A stretch of 64,000 bases of DNA from Myxococcota bacterium (GTDB lineage: Bacteria; Myxococcota_A; SURF-8), in NCBI GenBank assembly GCA_963674735.2, contig CAXXQS010000001.1, positions 128,001-192,000 of the forward strand, in the 5' to 3' direction. The translations under genes were made by a program, and so were the position numbers. Positions 58,528 to 64,000 of this stretch are shown piece after piece. The notes beneath the pieces were generated by a model. The model was not told the origin of the DNA and did not search any database. It worked only from the letters and a program-made list of their open reading frames with translations. Positions within the stretch are counted from its first letter, which is position 1. Each line of letters starts with the position of its first letter.

Positions 58528-59237
58528 AAGCCTGGATCGTGATTGTCGCCTTGTGCGTGTTGGCCGGTGGGCGAGGGTATGCCGCCGATGATACGGTGTG
58601 CCAAACGGACGACGCCGGTGGGCGGGTAAGTTGCGGAGAAGGACAGGCAGCGCTGATTCGTCTGAACGACGACGCGGCGGCAGCCGTCGGACCGCAGTCC
58701 GAAGTCCTCCGGGGCGAAACGCTCACCTTGATCAAAGGTCGCGTTCATCTCGAATCCGTCGCTCCGCTGGATCTGGCCGTTGGTCTGGATGCGGTACCTC
58801 TTCAGTTGACCGGTTGCGCCGTTGCAGAAATCACGTCCGATCGTGCTCGTTTGTGTCTTAAAGTCGATTCGCGGGCGACGGCCGGGGAAACTGTTTTCGA
58901 CGCGGACGCCCCGCTGGCTTTGCGTTGGCAAAACGGATCGTGGGAGATCGATAGCCAAACGGATTTGTGTGGCTGGTCTCCCGCTGCGGCTTTATTGGTT
59001 GGACCGCTTGCGCCTTTGGCCTTCGACAAACCGGCGGAGAATGTCGCGACGGGCGAGAAAACCGGCGGATTGAGCGGCGGGTCGGATACGGAAGAACGTG
59101 GGGGCGGTGGCGAAGCGATTTGTCTGGATTCCGCCGGGGGCTCCGGCGGAGCGGTCGACGCGATTGACAATCCTCCCGATGTGGCGGGCGAGCACGGTCA
59201 GGCGCGTGTCACCGTGCGGGTCAAACTGAGAGATTGA
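58521..59237 (+). CDS. Exported FecR-like domain protein
   Basis: Signal peptide; 'A.I.L.D......GPQS......L..GRV' pattern. Confidence 0.5.
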   Translation: MVKAWIVIVALCVLAGGRGYAADDTVCQTDDAGGRVSCGEGQAALIRLNDDAAAAVGPQSEVLRGETLTLIKGRVHLESVAPLDLAVGLDAVPLQLTGCAVAEITSDRARLCLKVDSRATAGETVFDADAPLALRWQNGSWEIDSQTDLCGWSPAAALLVGPLAPLAFDKPAENVATGEKTGGLSGGSDTEERGGGGEAICLDSAGGSGGAVDAIDNPPDVAGEHGQARVTVRVKLRD

Positions 59238-59238
59238 C

Positions 59239-59949
59239 ATGCAGTATTTCGATTGGATCGTTCGGTTGGCGTTATCGAGCCTTTTGTGCCTGCTTCTGGC
59301 GGGTTGCTTTGTCGCGTCCGGACCCGATCAAAGCGCCGTAACCCTCACACTCGATCTGCCCCGTGACCAGACTCCCACCGCCCGTCTTTCCAGTGGCCAA
59401 ATCGCCGGAGGGGAGTGGGTAGATGGCAGCCGAGCCAAGTTCGAGTTGCGTGTCAGTGCCGACGATATGGACTCCATCGTGCATCAGGAAAGCCTATCCA
59501 GCGAAAACCCCGCCGACAGCCTGGTTGTGACCCTGGAAGTCGACTCCGGTGAAGCTCGTCTCTTCGATGCCGTTTTATTTGTGCAAGACGAACCGCCTCT
59601 TCGGACCTATCGGCCCGTTGAGCCGCTTTCCGTGAACCTGGATGCGGATGAAGTTCGCGATCTGACCCTAACTTTACAGCGCCAGCCGACCGGCGTGTTG
59701 ACGGTTTCAGCGACCAACGCCTCCGGTGACCGCCTGACTTTGCAAGATGTCGAGACCGGTTTCGATCTGCCGGCTTGGGACTTTATGGAAGAAGATGGCG
59801 GTACTTGGATGGTCGAGATGGATGATCTCCCACTTGAACGCGACCTGCTGCCGGTGGTTCTTTCGGCTGATGGGCAACAGCAAGAACTGCCGGATTACAT
59901 CTTCCGGCTCACGGCCGAAAATCCCTCGTTTTCCTTCGAAATTTTGTAA
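59239..59949 (+). CDS. Hypothetical lipoprotein
   Basis: Lipobox LAGC; beta-rich; coupled to the upstream gene. Confidence 0.65.
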   Translation: MQYFDWIVRLALSSLLCLLLAGCFVASGPDQSAVTLTLDLPRDQTPTARLSSGQIAGGEWVDGSRAKFELRVSADDMDSIVHQESLSSENPADSLVVTLEVDSGEARLFDAVLFVQDEPPLRTYRPVEPLSVNLDADEVRDLTLTLQRQPTGVLTVSATNASGDRLTLQDVETGFDLPAWDFMEEDGGTWMVEMDDLPLERDLLPVVLSADGQQQELPDYIFRLTAENPSFSFEIL

Positions 59950-60100
59950 TAAATGAGGTCTGCTTGGGTCGATCTCAAGCACGCGCGTCCAGTTTTAAAA
60001 AACATCGAAAATGCCTAAACAACGAAAAAGGTGCAATCATGCCTTGCAGGCCATGACGCTCAGCGTTATACTCGTTCAGCCTTGAGGGGAAGGAGTTGTC

Positions 60101-61402
60101 GTGGTTGTACATGGCCAAGTGAATGTTCTGCTGGTGATGATCGGGAACGCCTGGGATGGGGTTGCGCGTCTGAAAGCTCGCACGATCTTGCGAGATGTCG
60201 AGCACGTGTTGGGCGATCGTCTCGGCCGGGTTCGTCTGGTGGCCCGCCTCAATGGTTTATCCTCCGGTTTATATGTAAATGGACAAGAATTGGAAGTCAG
60301 TTCTCCGCTGCAATTGGCCGATCCACGTTCGTGGCTGCGCGATAGCGATTTGATGTTGGTGGCCAAGAACGATACCTGGGACGAGCGGGACTCGGCTCTG
60401 GAAGAAATGGGTTGGACGGCGTGGCTTGAATTGGCTCACCTGATGGGTAAACGCATCGTCGCTTACGGTCATGAGGTGGCTGAACTGGGTAGTTCGCGGC
60501 GTCGCCTGTTACGCCGTCTGATTAGTCAAGCCGGACTTGTTACCGTAAATTGTCCCAATGATATACAGTACCTGAAGTCATACGGCGTCACGAATGAATT
60601 GTTTTGCACCGCCGATAGCAGTTACTTGGTTGCACCACCCGATCCGGCATTTCGCGACCAGGTTTTAGCGCGTTTCCGCCTCGATCCCCAGGCGCGTCCG
60701 TTGATCGCCATTTTGCCCAAGTCGGTTTTCGGTGGCCGTGACCGCCGTGAAAAAAACGGAAAGCTGGGTTTGCGACCCCTTTGGAGCGCGGTTGGAGCTA
60801 CGCCCGAGCGACTGTTGCACCGGCTTCGCTACGTGCGTCAGATGGCGGCCTATGCCGATGGTTTGGTCGAGCGCTACGACGCCAACGTGGTGCTCATGAC
60901 GTTGCGTTTCACCGATGACGTGGCGGCCAGGAAAATCCATGAGTCCATGCGCGCGCGCCATCGCGCACGGTTGGTGACCATCAGCGATAACGGGCTTGAC
61001 GACATCCTGGCGCTTGTGTCGGCGGCAGGTTTGGTTGTGGCGGGGCGGGTGCATGCCGCCGTTCTGGCTTGTGTGAACGGGGTTCCCATGATCGGTGTCA
61101 GCAATGATCCGCGTTTGGAAAATTGCTTTCGCGAGGCCCGCATGAGTCCGTATTTCCTCGACTATCTTTCCCCAGACGGGCGCACGCCCAATACCTACAA
61201 GCTGGATGAATGGCTGACGGAACGCACGGAAACGGCTTTGGCCGACAGAGACGAATTGCGAGAGCGGGTGCGTCGCGCTCACGCCTCATACCGGCGGCGC
61301 GCCTTGGAGAATCGTCACTATCTCGGTGATTTCATTGAACGTTATCTAGGCGAACCCACCTCGGCTGACGAAACGGACGATCCTCGTCCGGCACATGCCT
61401 GA
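60101..61402 (+). CDS. Polysaccharide pyruvyl transferase family protein
   Basis: G....G, TADS, RVHA.V.A...GVP.IG; AGGAG RBS before GTG. Confidence 0.7.
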   Translation: MVVHGQVNVLLVMIGNAWDGVARLKARTILRDVEHVLGDRLGRVRLVARLNGLSSGLYVNGQELEVSSPLQLADPRSWLRDSDLMLVAKNDTWDERDSALEEMGWTAWLELAHLMGKRIVAYGHEVAELGSSRRRLLRRLISQAGLVTVNCPNDIQYLKSYGVTNELFCTADSSYLVAPPDPAFRDQVLARFRLDPQARPLIAILPKSVFGGRDRREKNGKLGLRPLWSAVGATPERLLHRLRYVRQMAAYADGLVERYDANVVLMTLRFTDDVAARKIHESMRARHRARLVTISDNGLDDILALVSAAGLVVAGRVHAAVLACVNGVPMIGVSNDPRLENCFREARMSPYFLDYLSPDGRTPNTYKLDEWLTERTETALADRDELRERVRRAHASYRRRALENRHYLGDFIERYLGEPTSADETDDPRPAHA

Positions 61403-61419
61403 CTAAATCTGCTTTCGCT

Positions 61420-62124
61420 TCAGGGCTTTTCGGCCAGCATATAGCAGGCGGGAATGTCGCGTTCGTCGAATTTTCTCTCGAAAATCGTGCGGATGTTGTG
61501 CTCGACGTAGGAACTGTGGGCGAGATCGCGTGTTTCGGCGAGAAGCTGCAGCGGACTGTTGCGCAGATCGTCGAGATATTCTCCGAAGCGTTCCTGGTGG
61601 TCGGTTTTCAGTTCGAAGCGTCCGCCGGATACCAGCAGATCGGTCAAGGCTTCCAGAAAGGGACCATCCACCATGCGCCGGTAGCGTTGCCGTTCTTTGG
61701 CCGCCCACGGATCTGGGAAGAAAACCATGACCTTACTCAATTCGCCCGCTGCGAAGATGAAAGGTAGGAAATTCGCGTCGAAGCGCAGCATGAAGGCGTT
61801 GGTCGCGCCGGCCTGAGTCAGCCGTTTGGCCACTTTGTAAACCCGGCGAAACTTGATCTCGATTCCGAGAACGCATACCTCCGGATTGGCCAGTGCGTAT
61901 TCCGTGATGAAGCGTCCCTTACCCGGTCCGATTTCCACGTGCAGCGGACGACCTTGACACCAATCATCCCAATGCCCCCGGCGTTCCATGGCTTCGCAGG
62001 GATGGACGAGTCGTTCGGGAAACTGCTCTTTGACTCGGAGCAGATACGGATTACAGCGGGTGTAGCCCGGTTCGTCGTAAAAGGGACGGCGGGGTTGAGT
62101 GGGTTTCTGTCGTTCTTTGGCCAT
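61420..62124 (-). CDS. trmB: tRNA (guanine-N7)-methyltransferase
   Basis: EIGPGKG.F, GIEI, FPDPW, RR, KTD, T.FE.KF. Confidence 0.92.
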   Translation of the reverse strand: MAKERQKPTQPRRPFYDEPGYTRCNPYLLRVKEQFPERLVHPCEAMERRGHWDDWCQGRPLHVEIGPGKGRFITEYALANPEVCVLGIEIKFRRVYKVAKRLTQAGATNAFMLRFDANFLPFIFAAGELSKVMVFFPDPWAAKERQRYRRMVDGPFLEALTDLLVSGGRFELKTDHQERFGEYLDDLRNSPLQLLAETRDLAHSSYVEHNIRTIFERKFDERDIPACYMLAEKP

Positions 62125-62163
62125 TGAAACTTCCTGAAAAAATGCGTTGCGTCGGCGGATGTA

Positions 62164-64000
62164 TCAGGGTTTGGGCGACTGTGGGCGACGGCTCGGTCTC
62201 GCGTTTTTGTCGCGGGCGTCGGGTATCTTATTGTGATTGCGAAAGACTTCCGTCAGCGGCATGCCGTCGATATCCGTCCAGTGTTCGGCGTATCGGGCAC
62301 CGAAAGCCTGGCGTAGCAGGTAAATGCCGTCGGTGTAGAATTTCCAATGATTCATGACCGCGAAATCGGCGTTTTCGATCCGATTCGCCCGGCGGATATC
62401 GGCACGCAGGAAGCCGTCTTTTTTATAGGCGTTGAAAGAATCGTGGGGGGTGTTGTTCCACCAGATGCGCCCGTTGTGTGGAACTTCTTCGTTGAGATAG
62501 GGCAAAACGGCGCGGCTGGAGGCGGCCCAGAAGGTGCGTTGCATCCCGACTTCCGGTGCGGCGATGGACCCACCCATCAACTCGTTGTAATAACTCAGAG
62601 TGTGGGGATGGGTGTGGGCGATGCCCGCCAAGCCGGGGACCACGGCGGCCAGGCCCAGAACAAGCCCCACGGCGACACCCGCCCATTTTTGTCGTAGACC
62701 CGGCAGCAAGGGGCTGAGGCGCGCCACCATTCCACGCAGAGCGATTGCGGCCGCGATACACAGGTATGGCATGGCGGTCATCCAATGTTTGGTGCCGCCG
62801 TAGATCGGCGTTTTGGGATTCATGATGATCAGGATGGGTAAGGCGATGTTGACCACGATCAGCCATTGGTCGAAACGGCTGTCTACCACCGGGTGGGCGT
62901 TACGGCTGGGATGCCGCGTTAACAGCGCTTCAGGCTGGGTCCATTCAAGGCCGCGTATACGAGTCCACAGGCAACGCAGCGGCGCGGCGAAATAGCCGTG
63001 GAAAAGCAGAACCGCCAGACCGGCCAGCATAAGGAACAAAGCCCCGGCGGGGATCGTGAATCCACTCATCACCAGCGGGTAATGCCAGGCGAAGGGAGGC
63101 GGGTTGACCACGATGTCGTGCAGGTAGTAGGTTTCCCAAGCCGGAGGATTCAAATGCCGGTTGAAGTAATTGGCGAGACGCGGGGCGGTGTCGTACCAGA
63201 TCCAGGGCCACAACATGAAGAACACCAGGGGAGCGGTGAACAGCGGCGGCAGAATCGGTGCGATATGTCTCGGGAGGGTCGGATGCGGGCGCAGGCAATG
63301 GAAGGCCAACAGCAGGTTGATGAGCAACAGGTCGAGGAGTACGACGGTTTTAAAAACTCCGAGACCGCCCAATAAAGCCAATGGCGGAGCCGCGATCAGT
63401 CCAAACCCAAGTAGTAACTTCCACTTGCGAGCGCTTTTGAGTGACAGCGGAATGGACGCGAGCGAACGGAAAAAGTCTTTCCGATAGGTCGACACCAGAT
63501 AGAGGATTGCAAAGACAACAGGCAGGAAATAGGCATTGTTCTTTGTGGCAAGCCCGACGCCCAGCAAAACGCCGGTCAGCCAGGCCCAGCGATGCGATTC
63601 CATGCCGCGGCGGAAGGCATAAATGGTGATGAACCAGACGGCCACCACCGGCATATCGAAAGTGTTGAGGTGCGTATGGAAAAAGACGCGCGGCAGGGTG
63701 AACAGCAGCAGTACGGCGAACAGGGCATAGGGCAGCCCCAGCCATTCGGTGACGAGCAGCACCATGAACAGCACCATCACCGCTGTGAAGACCCAGGTGC
63801 TCATCCGGTGGCTGTTGCCGTAGTTGAACCAGCCCAGCCAGTCATACCAGATCTGGTGATTCAAACCCTGCATGGTTTTGCAAAAGGGCGGGTGTTCGTG
63901 ATTATTACGCCAGTGACGATCGACGACGGGCTGCCTGAAAGCGGTCAGTGGATTGCCCTTCAGCGTGCTGCTTACCCAGGTTTTGACCCAGCCGTAGTTG
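62164..64000 (-). CDS. GT-C / family 39 (ArnT/PMT-like) membrane glycosyltransferase, 5' end outside the window
   Basis: Frame open to the window edge with NHEHPP motif; H...FD, ATK, WPW.W, LSYYN; many TM segments. Confidence 0.8.
   Translation of the reverse strand, partial: NYGWVKTWVSSTLKGNPLTAFRQPVVDRHWRNNHEHPPFCKTMQGLNHQIWYDWLGWFNYGNSHRMSTWVFTAVMVLFMVLLVTEWLGLPYALFAVLLLFTLPRVFFHTHLNTFDMPVVAVWFITIYAFRRGMESHRWAWLTGVLLGVGLATKNNAYFLPVVFAILYLVSTYRKDFFRSLASIPLSLKSARKWKLLLGFGLIAAPPLALLGGLGVFKTVVLLDLLLINLLLAFHCLRPHPTLPRHIAPILPPLFTAPLVFFMLWPWIWYDTAPRLANYFNRHLNPPAWETYYLHDIVVNPPPFAWHYPLVMSGFTIPAGALFLMLAGLAVLLFHGYFAAPLRCLWTRIRGLEWTQPEALLTRHPSRNAHPVVDSRFDQWLIVVNIALPILIIMNPKTPIYGGTKHWMTAMPYLCIAAAIALRGMVARLSPLLPGLRQKWAGVAVGLVLGLAAVVPGLAGIAHTHPHTLSYYNELMGGSIAAPEVGMQRTFWAASSRAVLPYLNEEVPHNGRIWWNNTPHDSFNAYKKDGFLRADIRRANRIENADFAVMNHWKFYTDGIYLLRQAFGARYAEHWTDIDGMPLTEVFRNHNKIPDARDKNARPSRRPQSPKP

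Overview
GC-rich bacterial DNA with about 50 genes; gene content suggests an anaerobic Myxococcota/Desulfobacterota-like organism (inference). No rRNA, tRNA, CRISPR array or transposase was seen. Recognisable genes include sat, cysK, ispA, trmB, a partial chemotaxis cluster (cheR-cheD-HDOD-cheY-cheX-cheD'-cheB) and a sigma54-controlled Orange-protein-like Fe-S/Mo cluster. The window is rich in Cys-rich lipoproteins with DGD linkers. The best candidate for a new system is at 25.9-31.7 kb, behind a sigma54/IHF-type promoter. It pairs a radical SAM/SPASM enzyme with two repeat lipoproteins that share a conserved 62-aa leader/signal (KPVKRYxGARY...) and carry a recurring linker motif between 8-Cys modules, which suggests RiPP-style modification of large surface lipoproteins. 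Also notable are a 1470-aa cyclase-CHAT protease-STAND-TPR NLR-like protein, a NACHT-pentapeptide protein, a 3-kb integrase-less islet bounded by 22-bp direct repeats with a four-way-junction palindrome at its end, and several apparent pseudo-enzymes. All calls come from reading the sequence; no database searches were run.
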